Positions 37,199-50,423 of a DNA stretch of 64,000 nt are shown here, in pieces (within the stretch, counting starts at the first letter, position 1; each line of letters begins with the position of its first letter). The notes under the pieces were generated by a model. That model saw only the letters and a program-made list of their open reading frames with translations, made no database searches and was not told the origin of the DNA. Where the stretch lies: the NCBI RefSeq assembly GCF_964194155.1, contig NC_135901.1, positions 22,382,001 to 22,446,000 of the forward strand. The letters run 5' to 3'. Position numbers and translations under genes: made by a program. The DNA comes from Cetorhinus maximus (Eukaryota).

Positions 37199-40100
37199 TT
37201 TTTCTATTCATTCATGGGTTGTGGGCTTCGCTGGCTGGGCCAGCATTTATTGCCCATCACTAATTGCCGTGCAAAAGATGGTGGGGAGCTGCCTTATTGA
37301 ACCGCTGCCGTCCTTGTGATGTAGGTACACCCGCAGTGCTGTTAGGGGCGGAGTTCCAGGGTTGTGACCCAGCGACAGTGAAGGAACAACGATATATTTA
37401 CAAGTCAGGATGGTGAGTGGCTTGTTGGTGTGTGGAGGGGGGGGGGGGGGGGGGGGGGGGGGGCAGAATTTCTAGGTGGTGGAGTTCCATCCATCTGCTG
37501 CCCTTGTCCTTCTAAATGGTAGTGGTAGTGGGTTTGGAAGGTGCTGCCGAAGGAGCCTTGGTGAATTCCTGCAGTGTATCTTGTAGATGGTGCACAGTGC
37601 TGCTAGCGTATGTCAGTGGTGTTGGGAGTGAATGTTTGTGGATCTGGTGCCAATTAAGTGGGTTGCTTTGTCCTGGACGGTGTCAAGCTTCTTGAGTGCT
37701 GTGGGAGCTGCACTCATTCAGGCAAGAGGGGAGTATTCCATCACACTCCTGACTTGTGCCTTGTAGATGGTGGACAGGCTTTGGGGAGTCAGGGGGTGAG
37801 TTACTCATTGCATGATTCCTAGCATTTGACCTGCTCTTGTAGCCATAGCATTTATATTGCTGGTTCAGATCAGTTTCTGGTCAATGGTAACCCCCAGGAT
37901 GCTGATAGTGGGGAATTCAGTGATCATAATGCCATTGAACATTAAAGGGCGATGGTTGGATTCTCTCTTGTTGGAGATGATCCATTGCTTGACACTTGTG
38001 TGATGCGAATATTACTTACCACTTGTCAGCCCAAGCCTGGGTATTGTCCAGGTCTTGCTGCATTTGGACATGGACTGCTTCAGTATCTGAGGAGTGGCGA
38101 ATGGTGCTGAACATTGTGCAATCATCAGCGAACATCCCCACTTCTGACCTTATGCTGGAAGGGAGGTTATTGATGAAGCAGCTGAAGGTGGTTGGGCCGA
38201 GGACACTACCCTGAGGAATTCCTGCAGTGATACCCTGGAGCTGAGATGACTGGCCTCCAACAACCACAACCATTTTTCATTGTGCTCGGTATGGCTCCAA
38301 CCAGTGGAGAGTTTTCCCCTGATTCCCATTGACTCCAGTTTTGCTAGGGCTCCTTAATGCCACACTCTATCAAATGCAGCCTTGACGTCAAGGGCAGTCA
38401 CTCTCACCTCACCTCGGGAGTTCAGCTCTTGTGTCCATGTTTGAACCAAGACTGTAATGAAGTCAGGAGCTGGGTGGCCCGGGCAGAACCCAAACTGGAC
38501 GTCAGTGAGCAGATTATTGCTAAGCAAGTGCCACTTGATAGCACTGTTGATGACCCCTTCAATTACTTTACTGAGGGTCAAGTAATTGGCCGGGTTGGAT
38601 TTGTCCTGCTTTTTGTGTACAAGACATAACTAGGCAACTTTCCACATATCTGGGTAGATGCCAGTGTTGCAGTTGTGCTGGAACAGCTTGGCTAGGGGCA
38701 CAGCAAGATCTGGAGCACAAGTCTTTGGCACTATTGCTGTAATATTGTCAGGGTCCATAGCATTTGCAATATCCAGTGCCTTCAGCCGTTTCTTGATGGA
38801 ATGAATCAAACTGACAGAAGACTGTCATCCGTGATGCTGTGGACCTCTGGAGGAGGCTGAGGTGGATCATCCACTTGGCACTTCTGGCTGAAGATTGTAG
38901 CAAATGCCTCAGCCATATCTTTAGCACTGATGTGCTAGGCTCCTCCATCATGAGGATGGGGATATTTGTGGAGCCTCCTCCTCCAGTGAGTTGATTATTT
39001 GTCCACCACCATTCACAACTGGATGTGGCAGGACTGCAGAGTTTAGATATTGGTTGTGGGATTGCTTAGCCCTGTCTATCACTTGCTGCTTATGCTGTTT
39101 GGCATGCAAGTAGTCCTGTTTTATAGCTTCACCAAGTTGACACTGCACTTTTAGGTATGCCTAGTGATGCTCCTGGCATTATCTCCTGCACACTTCATTG
39201 AACCAGGATTGATCCCCTGGCATTATGGTAATGGTAGAGTGGGGGATATGACGGGCCATAAGGTTACAGATTGCGTTCGAGTATAATTCTGCTGCTGCTG
39301 ATGGCCCTCAGCACCCCATGGATGCCCAGTCTTGAGTTGCTAGGTCTGTTCGAAATCTATCCGATTTAGCACAATGGTAGTGGCACACAACATGATGGAG
39401 GGTATTCTCAAAGTGAAGGCGGGCCTTCGTCTCCACAGTGACTCTGCGGTGATCACTCCTATCGATACTGTCATGGACAGATGCATTTGCAGCAGGCAGG
39501 TTGGTGAGGGTGGGGCCAGGTATGTTTTTCACTCTTGTTCTCTCACCACCTGCCACAGACCCAATCTAGCAGGTATGTCATTTAGGCCTCGGCCAGTAGT
39601 GGTGTTACCGAAGCACTCTTGGTAATGGACATTGAAGTCCCCCACTCAGAGTACATTCTGCACCCTTACCGACCTCAGTGCTTCCTTAAAGCGGTGTTCA
39701 ACATGGAGGAGCACTGATTCATCAGCTGAGGGAGGGCTATACGTGGTAATCAGCAGGAGGTTTTCTTGCCCATGTTTGACTTGATGTCATAAGACTTCAT
39801 GGGGTCCAAAGTCGATGTTGAGGACTCCCAGGGCAACTCCCTTCCGACTAACTCTACTGGGCCTGTCCTGCCGGTGGGACAGGGCAGACCTAGGATGGTG
39901 ATGGTGGTGTCTGGGATATTATCTGCAAGGTATGATTCTGTGAGGATGGCTCTGTCAGGCTGTTGCTTGACGAGTCTGTGGGACAGCTCTCCCAATTTTG
40001 GCACTAGCCCCCAGATGTTAGTAAGGAAGACATTGTCATTTCCAGTGCCTACGTCGATGCTGGGTGGTCCATCTGGCTTCATTCCTTTTTTGTGACTTTG

Positions 40101-40411
40101 TAGCGGTTTGTTACAACTGAGTTACTTGCTAGGCCATTTCAGAGGACATGTAAGAGTCAACCACATTGCTGTGGGTCCGGAGTCACGTGTAGGCCAGACC
40201 AGGTAAGAACAACAGATTTTCTTCCCTCAAGGACATTAGTGAACCTGATGAGTTTTTACAACAATCAACAATGGTTTCATGGCCATCATTAGGCTTTATT
40301 TCCAGATTTTTATTGAATTGAAATTCCACCATCAGCCGTGGCGGGATTTGAACCAGGGCATCCAAAGCATTTCCCTGGGTCTCTGGATTACCAGTCCAAT
40401 GACAACACCAC
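37199..40411 (-). mobile_element. Near full-length decayed RTE-X/CR1-group-like LINE (APE plus RT) with a tRNA-SINE-type 5' end
   Basis: NIWGLVPKLGEL..LTESYL; ALDVKAAFDRVWH; GIPQGSVLGP; FADD; family tail at 37199-37270; SINE head at 40115-40411. Confidence 0.8.
37437..37463 (+). repeat. Poly-G run (about 27 G)
   Basis: Directly visible. Confidence 0.9.
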
Positions 40412-42320
40412 TGGCATTGTCCACAATATTGCCGGTAAGTGTCCAGGACAAGTTGATATTTGCAAGGTGAAGGGACATCAGCAGCAGTTAGTGAAGAGGT
40501 TGATGGTAATAACCAGGCAGACTGATTCACCAGGAAAGCTGCACCAGAGGGGATTCCATGGGATCCACCCAAATCACAATCGTTCGCACCGGTACGACAG
40601 ACTCCAGTTAAACCTGATTCAAAAGCTTGTCAGGACCCTGACCCTGATGTGACTGTGGTCAAAGAGGCTGTACACCATAGGAAAGACTTTCCCTCATCCC
40701 TCACAGCAAGTAAGGACTCACATGTCATCCATCATGAGATTTTCCATCACAAGGATGGCCTTGTTGGACTTGGGTCACACCTCGATGCCTTTGAAAAGAA
40801 TTAATTTTGTCTATGGATCAAATTGGGGCACTTTTGCTTTTTCAAGTCCTCGATATGTTACATAATTACTATCGGTGGCTGAGGATGCATCAGGATGGCC
40901 ATCACCACCTGAGCCTGTGTCCAAATTAATCCAGACCTGTGAAATAAATGGTCCTATTGGACACGGCCATCTGAATGATGTCCTCTGGGAAAGACTGCAG
41001 ATTAATTATACAGGCCCACTGCCCACAGTAAAAAGGGGGTACTGGTATACCCTGGTAGTTATAGATATGTTGAATGGCCTCTCCCCAGTTTGAACTCGCT
41101 GGTGTATCAGAAAGTCGGTTGAATGAATGAATCCCTTCCCCCACTCGGAGCAGGTGAGCAGCCTCTGCCCAGTGTGAATGGTGTGTCAGCAACTGGTACC
41201 TGCTTTTAAAACTCCCCTGCTGGATTGAAGCTTTCCCTGTCTGTAAAAATGATGCAGTCATTACAGCTAAACTCTTTTGGGAACCAGATGGGGCTTTCTG
41301 AAAAGGATAGAGAGTAATAATGTTTCTTATTTCACAGTAGAAGTAATACAGCAGCTCTGTCATCTTGTGGGTGTGGAACCACATTTCCAAACCCCCTACC
41401 ACCCAGAGCCCTGTGCAATGGCCGAGATCTTAAATCACTTTGGAGAAATGATACTGAAAAAAGCTGTCATGATGAGAGCTGATGATATGGTCAAGACCAA
41501 TGACTGGGTCACTGCCTCGCCTGGTATCTCAATGACCATTCACTCCACTCCTGTTCACTCCCCCGGTCACAGCCTATTTCAGCTCGACCAATCCAGACTG
41601 TAAATCCCTCCCCGGGGTCCCACTCCCCATTGCTACTCGACAGACTCAGGACCAGTTTCTCCAGAACCTCCACATTCTCCCTGCCACAGGAAGTGGAGAA
41701 GATGGTGCTGCCCATCTCAACACCTCCAGGGAGAAAAGCCCCACCCGTTACATTAACTGTTCAATTGGAGATGAAGTGATAATAAAAGCATTGTTAAACA
41801 GGGGGGGCCTGGGTGGGTTACTTGGGAAGGTCCATATGATGTTCTACATAAATTGGGAAAAACAAGTCTTAGATTGAGTATTCAGTAACAAGAGAAGGAA
41901 ACACAATATCTGTGTTACCATGGAGATCAGTGTAAACTGTAAAAACTGAAAAGGTCAGATAACCAGATGGAGAATAAACGCTGTGTTTGATTTTATCCAA
42001 CAGGGACAACATGTGGATGGTCATTGTGCTCCTGGACTGTGTCCAGGCTGAAGTTCTGTTCCTGCCATATGATTCTCCCACAGATTGTCCTTTCTGAGCT
42101 CCAGCCAGGTGATGTTAAACACTCAGGTGGGAAAGACAAAAATCTACAACAATGTATTTAAAAGAAAGCTGATTTATTTGATATATAACCAGAATAATAA
42201 ACTTCAGTTCAGTTATTAACATCAGCAGAAAGAAATGCCAACTTTCAGAATGAACAGGGTTCAGTTCTGGATGTGATTAACAACAGCAGAATCCAACCCC
42301 TGCAGTCAATTCTGAACTCG

Positions 42321-43148
42321 CTAGTGTCCCACCAAATGGGATGAATGGACGGATCCCTTCCCACACTCGGTGCCAGTGAACAGCCTCTCCCCAGTGTGTG
42401 TACGTTCGTGTGCCAGCAATTTACACCTGCTTTCAAAGCTCTTCTCGCAGTCAGAACATCTAAAAGGTCTCTGATCAGTGTGACCCAGTTGGTGTGCCTT
42501 GAGCAGGGATAATCGGGAGAATCTATTGCCACACATGGAGCAGGTGAACGGCTTCTCCCCAGTATGAACTCGCTGGTGTATCAAAAAGTCGGATGAATGA
42601 ATGAATCCCTTCCCACACTCGGAGCAGGTGAATGGCCTCTCCCCAGTGTGAATGCGTTGGTGTGTCAGCAACTGGGACCTGCTTTTAAAGCTCTTCTCAC
42701 AGTCAGAACATTTAAAAGGTCTCTTGTCTGTGTGAACCAGTTGGTGAGAAGTGAGGTGGGATGACCGAGAGAATCCCTTCCCACACTCAGAGCAGGTGAA
42801 TGGCCTTTCTCCAGTGTGAACTCTCTGGTGGGCCAGCAGGTGGGCTGACTGAGTGAATCCCTTCCCACAGGCGGAGCAGGTGAATGGCCTCTCTCCAGTG
42901 TGAACTCGCTGGTGTGTCCGAAGGTCTGATGAATTAATGAATCCCTTCCCACACATGGAGCATGTGAATGGCCTCTCCTCAGTGTGAGTGAGTTTGTGTC
43001 TCAGAAGGTCGGATGACCGAGTGAATCCCTTCCCACACAAGGAGCAGGGGAATGGTCTCTCCCCAGTGTGAATGTGTCGATGAGTTTCCAGCCGCGATTG
43101 GTATTTGAATCCTTTCCCACAGTCACCACATTTCCATGGTTTCTCCAT
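42321..43148 (-). CDS. C2H2 zinc-finger protein, 9 intact fingers plus a degenerate tenth, about 275 aa, MEKPW type
   Basis: accATGg at 43148; open ORF; acceptor near 43455; family 3' UTR with AATAAA at 42173-42178. Confidence 0.85.
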   Translation of the reverse strand: MEKPWKCGDCGKGFKYQSRLETHRHIHTGERPFPCSLCGKGFTRSSDLLRHKLTHTEERPFTCSMCGKGFINSSDLRTHQRVHTGERPFTCSACGKGFTQSAHLLAHQRVHTGERPFTCSECGKGFSRSSHLTSHQLVHTDKRPFKCSDCEKSFKSRSQLLTHQRIHTGERPFTCSECGKGFIHSSDFLIHQRVHTGEKPFTCSMCGNRFSRLSLLKAHQLGHTDQRPFRCSDCEKSFESRCKLLAHERTHTGERLFTGTECGKGSVHSSHLVGH

Positions 43149-43479
43149 GGTGCTGGTGTCCTTCTGTCTCTCCAACTTGGAAGATTAGTTGAAGCCTCGT
43201 CCACACACACAACACTTGTACATTTTCTCCTCGCTGTGAATGGTGTGATTCTTTTCAGGAACACTCTCACTCGGGTGTGTGCGTCTTGCTGCTTTTCCAG
43301 TCACACTGATGTGTGAAATCTCTTCACATGGACAAACGTTTCTCCTTCCATGTTCAGAGACCAATGATATTCAGGTCCTGATGAATCGAGTGACTCTGTC
43401 AGATCTTGATAATTGGTTTTAGTTTCCCATCTGTAAATCTTCCCCTCCTAACACCCTGTAAAAAAAAGTTTACATCGAA

Positions 43480-45040
43480 TTACACAGAATAGACAGAATA
43501 GAAACAGGCCATTTGGCCCAACTAGTCTCTGCTGGTCTTTATACTCCACATGCTTCTCATTCCATTCCATCTACCTCAGCTCAGTCTTTCACTTTATTTT
43601 TCTATTCCTTTTTCTCTCATGTACTCGTCTAGTTTACTTATGAAATTATCTCAGCTTTTTGCCACAACTGCTCCTTGTGGTGGTGAGTTCACTTTCGAAC
43701 CACTCTGAGTAAACACATTTCTCCTTATTTCCCTGTTGGATTTATCAGTAACTATCTTGTACTTCTGGCCCCTGGTTTTGGATTCACCCACAAGTGGAAA
43801 CATCTACTTCTACAATGTCTCACATGGCAGGCTGGGCAGAAAAATAAAAAGTCAAGGAACCCGAGAGCAAGATGCAAGTTGGAATCAAAATAGGCTCAAT
43901 GGCAGGAAGCGATGAATGACGGTCAATGGGTGCTTTTTTTATGATTGGAAGGCTGTTTCCAGTGGGGTTTCACAGGGCTCAGTACTGGGTCCTTTATTCA
44001 TGGTTTATACCATTGATTCAGACTTAAACGTAGGGATGTGAATAACAAGTTTGCAGATGATACAAAAATAAGGCCGTGTGCTTGGTAGTGAGATAGAAAG
44101 CAGTGTCCCTTAATTCTCAATTCCCTCACAAGAGGAAACATATTCTTGGTATCTACCCTGTCAAGATCCCTCAGAATCTTGTATGTCTCAATAAGATCAC
44201 CTCTGATTCTGCTCAGCTCCAATGGATACAGGCCCAACCTTTCCTCATGAGACAGCACCTTCATCCCAGGAATCAGCCCAGTGAACCTTCTCTGAACTGC
44301 TTCCAGTGCATGCATATCCCTCCTTGAGTAAGGGGACCAAAACTGTACACAGTACTCTAGATGCAGTCCTACCAATTCCTTGTACAGTATTAGCAAGATT
44401 ACCCTACTTTTATACCCCATCCTCCTTGTAATAAAGGCCAACATCCCATTTGCCTTCCTAATCACTTGCTGTACCTGAATGTTAACTTTTTGTGATTCAT
44501 GTACAAGGACACCTAGATCCCTCTGTACTGCAGCCTCTCTCTATTTCAATAATATTTTGCTTTTCTATTCTTCCTGCCAAAGTGGACATCCTCACATTTT
44601 ACCACATTATACTCCATCTGCCAATGTTTGCCTACTCACTTAGCCTATCTATATCCTTTTGCAGACTCTTTGCATCCTCCTCACAACTTGCTTTCCTACC
44701 TATCTTTGTATCATTAGAAAATTTAGCTACAATACAATTGGCCCCTTCAGCCAAGTCATTTGTATAGATCCTAAATAGTTGAGGCCCCAACACTGATCCC
44801 TGTGGCACTCCACTAGTTACAGATTGCCAACTGGAAAATGGCCCATTTATCCCAACTCGATCTTTCCTGTTAGTTAGCCAATCCTCTATCCATGCTAATA
44901 TATCACCCTCAACACCATGAACTCCTATCTTGTGCAGTATCTTTTAATGTGACAATTCATTGAAGGCCTTTTGGAAATCCAAACACACTCCATCTACTGG
45001 TTCCCCTTTATCCACCCTGCTTATTACATCCTCAAAGAAC
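43480..45040. mobile_element. Nested CR1 fragments (43480-43810 minus, 43815-44100 plus, 44105-45040 minus)
   Basis: KANGMLAFITR..LEYCVQFWSPY..; GVSQGSVLG, KFADDTK. Confidence 0.7.
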
Positions 45041-45269
45041 CCAAGGCTCCTTGGTCATTTTGGAGGTGAGGATGAAGCAGACAGGGGAGAGGGAGGGCCC
45101 TTCAAAAGAAACTTACTTGAGTTAGAGATATTAACAAAATCCAACACACTGTGCATTCAACAAAAAGCTGATTTGACTTTTGTCCAGAATATTAATCAAT
45201 GTAACTGGGCTTCATTAACATCAGAAACAGACCCCAATGGACAAATGGATTAACAGCAAAGTCCAATCA

Positions 45270-45855
<586 letters not shown>

Positions 45856-46449
45856 AAAAATGATTTAAAATAGAAAAGGGGAGTAAGAGAGAACCCATTA
45901 AAACATAAAGGCAAGGTGTGAACTTGAGCTGAATGAATCTGGTAATTTGTGAGGCCGGCACTAGGAAAAAGTGACCATGAAAACTGCTGGATTGTCGTAA
46001 AACTCCAACTGGTTCACTAATGTCCTTCAGGGAAGGGAACCTACCATCGAGTTACCCTACACAAGACTCTTGGGAAGATTGAGAGAAAGGGAGAGAGGGA
46101 GTGGTGAAGGAGAGGGATTTTATATTTCTACAACTAAGCTAGAAGTTTCCCACAGTTACCACATTTATACAGTTTCTCCCCGGTGTGACTGCGCTTGTGG
46201 CTCGACAAGCTAGATTATTGGCAGAATTCTCATCCACAGAAAGCACATATGTACAATTTCTCCCTGTTGTAAACGCAGCTTTTTCCTCCCAGGTTCAAAA
46301 TTATATGATATTCAGATTAGGATAATCTGCCAGTCTGAACCTACACAAGGCCCTGGCCTCGCTAGGGGGAGGGAGACAGAGAGGGGGGTAGATTTTATGT
46401 ATCATCAACCTGATCAGAACTTTGACAAAACCTTCTAAACCCTCAACCT

Positions 46450-46900
46450 CTACCACCTAAAAGTAAATCCTTCCCTTCTCACCCCCTGCAAAAGGAGTTT
46501 CGAAAATCCATCCCTCAGATAGAAATTCACAACACTCTCTCCTCCTGCTGACAGGGGCAGGGATGACTGCGCATGCGCCCTGCAGTACATTGCTCCCTAT
46601 AAAGATGGCGACCCTTAACGCGCGCCTGTCATCAGGTTCAGCCCCGCGGCTGCTGCCCCGCATGGACTAAATGCGGGATTGGTAGATTCTTAATTTTGTT
46701 CCCAGGCATCCACTGGATGTTTATGAGGCCTTCTCGCCCATTTTGCCTCCTCCATTACCCACCTATAATCAGCCGCTGTTCACCGGTTGCGGAGTCGAGA
46801 TGACCGCCTCACAGTCGCTCCAGCACATAGAGTGCGCACGCACCCACGGGAACTAAATGCGCATGCGCAACCCACGCCTGCACCATGATTTCCTATGGTG
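46450..46900 (-). promoter_or_regulatory. CpG-rich promoter plus acceptor module (inverted paralog of 52200-52730)
   Basis: gcgcatgcgc twice; aagatggcg (YY1). Confidence 0.55.
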
Positions 46901-47929
46901 AGTATAGGGCACATTCTGTATCGTCATGGATGCTGGGTAAGATCCGCACCATTAAAACACGACATTGTTGAATAGAAAGCTATGATTTGTGATCGGACTA
47001 CGATGGAGCCATGGGGCCAATATATAAAACTATTAAATTAATTGATACAGCAAAGTGGCCCTCCATCATAATTATGCCCTGGGTATAATTAACAACAGAA
47101 CAAACCACTGCAGTTAGGTGTGAACCCATTGAAGTCTCAGCAGCTGGTGGGTGAGCAAGTAATTTTTCTTCCCCATTCACGGAACATTTAAACCACGTCT
47201 TGCCTGTAAGAGACAAGTGGATAAAATCCTTTGAACTTTTAAAGCTGGGGTGTGAACAGGTGGGCAAACTGAATAAATCCCATTGCACAAGTGTAGTATC
47301 TGAGTGGTCTCTCTCTGGAGTGACAGTGCTGCTGTGTCAGTAAATGGAATAACTGAATGAATCCATTTCCACGTTCAGCTGGTGAACAATCCATTCATGG
47401 GTGTGAATTGACCCATCAGTTTCCAGCTCAGATGAGGATCTCAAACCCTTCCGGTGATGAATTCCAGATTCTCAACATGCTCCCAGTATAAAAATACTGT
47501 CGGTGCTGTAAATCGGAAATAAAAACAGACAATTCTGAAATTTCAAGCAGACCTGATAACATCTGCAGAGGGGAAATATAATTTACATTTCAGGTCTGCA
47601 ACCTTTCAATGAAATGTTAATCATGTTTTCCAATCCACAGATGCTGCCAGACATGGTGAGGATTTGAAGCATTTTCTGTTTTTATCTCCTGTTGAAGAAG
47701 TTTCTCCCGAATTGCACATTAGTTTTATTGATGATGAACTTATATTTATTCTCATCCATCTGCAACTGGAAACATCTTCCACTTGTCTGCCTTGTCAATC
47801 CCTTTTATAATCTTAAAAACTCGATCAGGTCATCTGTCACTCTCTTTACCAGGGAAAACATCTCTAGCTTGTTCAATCTTTCTTGATAGATATAACCTTG
47901 CAGTTTTGGCATTATTCCAGTGCATTCCA

Positions 47930-48620
47930 GTGCAGATGCAACAACCACCCTTTCACCTCCTCAGTTCCCACGTTCTAGGGCCCCAAATACACTTTCCAAG
48001 TGATACAGCAAATTACTTGCACTTATTTCAATTTAGGATCGTGTATTCACTGCTTATGATGTGATCCCCTCAACACTAAGGTGACTAAATCAATATTCGG
48101 CAACTGCTTTGTGGAACATCACCATTCAATCTTCAAATATATTCCTGAGCATCTGGTCATTTGCTATTTTAATTCTCTGCCCCATGCCCGGTCTGACCTC
48201 TCAGTCCTCAGCCTCCTGCACTGATCATAATTATCACTCCCATTTTTTCAGAAGGTAGATGCTGGTAATGGTTCTGTTATTACTATTTATGCCTATTCTG
48301 GACCTGTCTTTTATTTGTTCACTTGTCCCATTGGTTTATTGTCTCATCACAGAATTTTGTCTTGCATTATCCCCCCTTTATCATTTAATAACTCCTGCCT
48401 TCCATCAACAATGTTCATTCCTCCTCTTTACCTCTTATCCTTGACTCTGTACTTGTTTGTAAACTATTACATCTCTAAATTCTTCAACTTTTGATAAAGG
48501 TTCACTCATCTTAAGCATTGATGCTGTTGTCCTCTCCATAGAGGCTGTTTGACCTGCTGAGTGTTTCCAACAATATCTTTTGAGTTCAAATTTGCAGCCT
48601 CTGCGGTATTTTGTTTTTGG
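47930..48620 (+). mobile_element. Penelope remnant (inverted paralog of 15040-15830)
   Basis: Same junction with unique flank as 15001-15050. Confidence 0.55.
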
Positions 48621-48749
48621 GTCACTGTGGATCAGTTTTCTCTCACTTAACGTGACCTGTTTAAAGAAGTTAAAGAAGGATCCATTAAAGAATGAGGCAA
48701 CAGTTATTGTCACGCTGTTTGAAAACAAATGGAACAAAATGTTAATTGA

Positions 48750-49120
48750 TCATTTTTTATATAGTTTGATGGGATATGGGGGTCACTGTCAAGACCAGCA
48801 GTTATGACCAAAGCCTAATTTCCATTGAACTTAGTGGCTTAATCGACCATTTTAGAAGGCAGTTAAAAGTCAACCACATCACCGTGGGCCGGAAGTCACA
48901 TGTAGGTCAGACCAGGTAAGAACAGCAGATTTCCTCCTCTAAAGGAAATTCGAGAACCAGGTGAGTTTTTATGACAATCGATGATAGCTTCACAGTGACC
49001 ATTACTGAGACTAGTCTTCAATTTCAGACTTATTGATGAATTGAATTTAAATTTCACCCACTGCCGTGGTGGTATTTGAACCTGTGTCCGCACTTCTTGA
49101 TTATTAGTCCAGTGACCTGA
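48750..49120 (-). mobile_element. tRNA-derived SINE (family of 1526-1882)
   Basis: gtcacatgtaggtcagaccaggtaag body; ggtatttgaacc B-box (reverse complement). Confidence 0.65.
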
Positions 49121-49149
49121 TCATCTTCCCTTAGCAATTGAAACACAAA

Positions 49150-49219
49150 GTTTCCACGTTGGCTCAAAGCAGGAATTTCACGTGTAAAGCAAACATTCTG
49201 CCTACTGCACTATGGAAAT
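49150..49219 (-). pseudogene. Second tRNA-Val(TAC)-like relic
   Basis: Reverse complement atttccatagtgcagtagg...gctttacacgtgaa...tggaaac with the same upstream flank (agagatg.atggtcag.tcccct) as 14701. Confidence 0.6.
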
Positions 49220-49960
49220 TAGTGTCAAACATCCGCGACCAAGGGGAGCTGACCATACATCTCTCAGTCCAATTCACAAAAAGGAAATGCTGGGAATACT
49301 GAGCGGACCAGACTGAGTCTGTGGAGAGAGAAACAGTTAATGGTTCAAGACACTGAACTACCATCAGGACTGGAAAAAAGACATGCAATAAATTTTTTAA
49401 ACAGATGCACAGTCAGAGAATGGGGGCAGGGTAAATATCTGAAGAGGAGGTTTGTAATCGGTTGGAGGTATTGAATAACAAGGTTGAAGGTAGGAGGTAT
49501 TGAATAACAAAAGGATGATGATGCAAGGCAAAAGTGAGGGTAGTGGAACTAGTGAAGAAACTAAAGGTGGGAGAGCCATTCTGTATCTGTCATCTATTTC
49601 TGCTCTGATTGGAAATGTGTTCCTTCTTTGTTGATTCATTTCACTTCTGTCCTACACTGAAAACTCTCAATCCTACTCCACCGTTACCTTTTACAAACAT
49701 TTCATTGAACAAACATACACAGTCACACAAGAAAACAATCACCATTTTGAAGCACTGAAACAATGAAGACATAGAAATATTTTCATAACCATCTTGTTCA
49801 TGCTTCATATCAATATTTTAGAGGTAATTTTTACTTTGGGAAGATTAAAATTCTTAGGGTAAGGTTATTAAAATTTAGAAATTGCCAGGACACCTCAAGA
49901 AATGGCAGTTCAAAGGCTGGTCCGTGTTTGTTCAATATGATCAGAATAGAAGAGAGAAAA

Positions 49961-49983
49961 AGAGAGAGAGAGAGAGAGAGAGA
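49961..49983 (+). repeat. (AG)n microsatellite
   Basis: Directly visible. Confidence 0.9.
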
Positions 49984-50423
49984 TCTATAAAATGACAGGG
50001 GAGCTCGTTTAGCCAGAAATCTGGAGACAGAGTATGTGTGAGCTGTATTGTCCTGTCTTTGTTAAAGAGGTGAACTATTTAAGCAGACTTCAGGGTTAAG
50101 AGGTTTGGTTAATTAGTGTAAATATCTATTGGTACATGGGCTCTTTTTAAAAATGTCATCATACATTGTACATTAGCTCACATGTACAAACTTGTCCCTT
50201 GCACTTCCTGTGAAGTGGAGGGCAGTTTTCACTGGCAGTTTCAGTGGATTGAAGAACAGAGTGATGCACAGACACAGTGCGGTTCTGATGAAAAGTCACA
50301 GACCTGAAATGTAAACTACGAAACTCCAGCATTTTCTGTTTTATTTCTGATTTCCAACATCTGAAATATTTTGCTTTTCCTTAACTGGAGAGGGCTGAGA
50401 ATGTGGAACTCATTGCAGGAAGG

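Larger units (their letters stand above)
36900..41930 (+). mobile_element. Decayed retroviral/LTR pol relic (RNase H plus integrase) split by a LINE and a ZNF fragment
   Basis: YVDWS, LAQKREV, NYSQS (36925-37190); DICKVKGH..GNNQAD (about 40450-40525); [18 protein letters not shown] / WIEAFP; FQTPYHPE; WEGPY near 41823. Confidence 0.7.

Noticed and set aside
37437-37463. Functional G-quadruplex
   Set aside because: Homopolymer inside a decayed LINE; slippage or a sequencing artefact is equally likely
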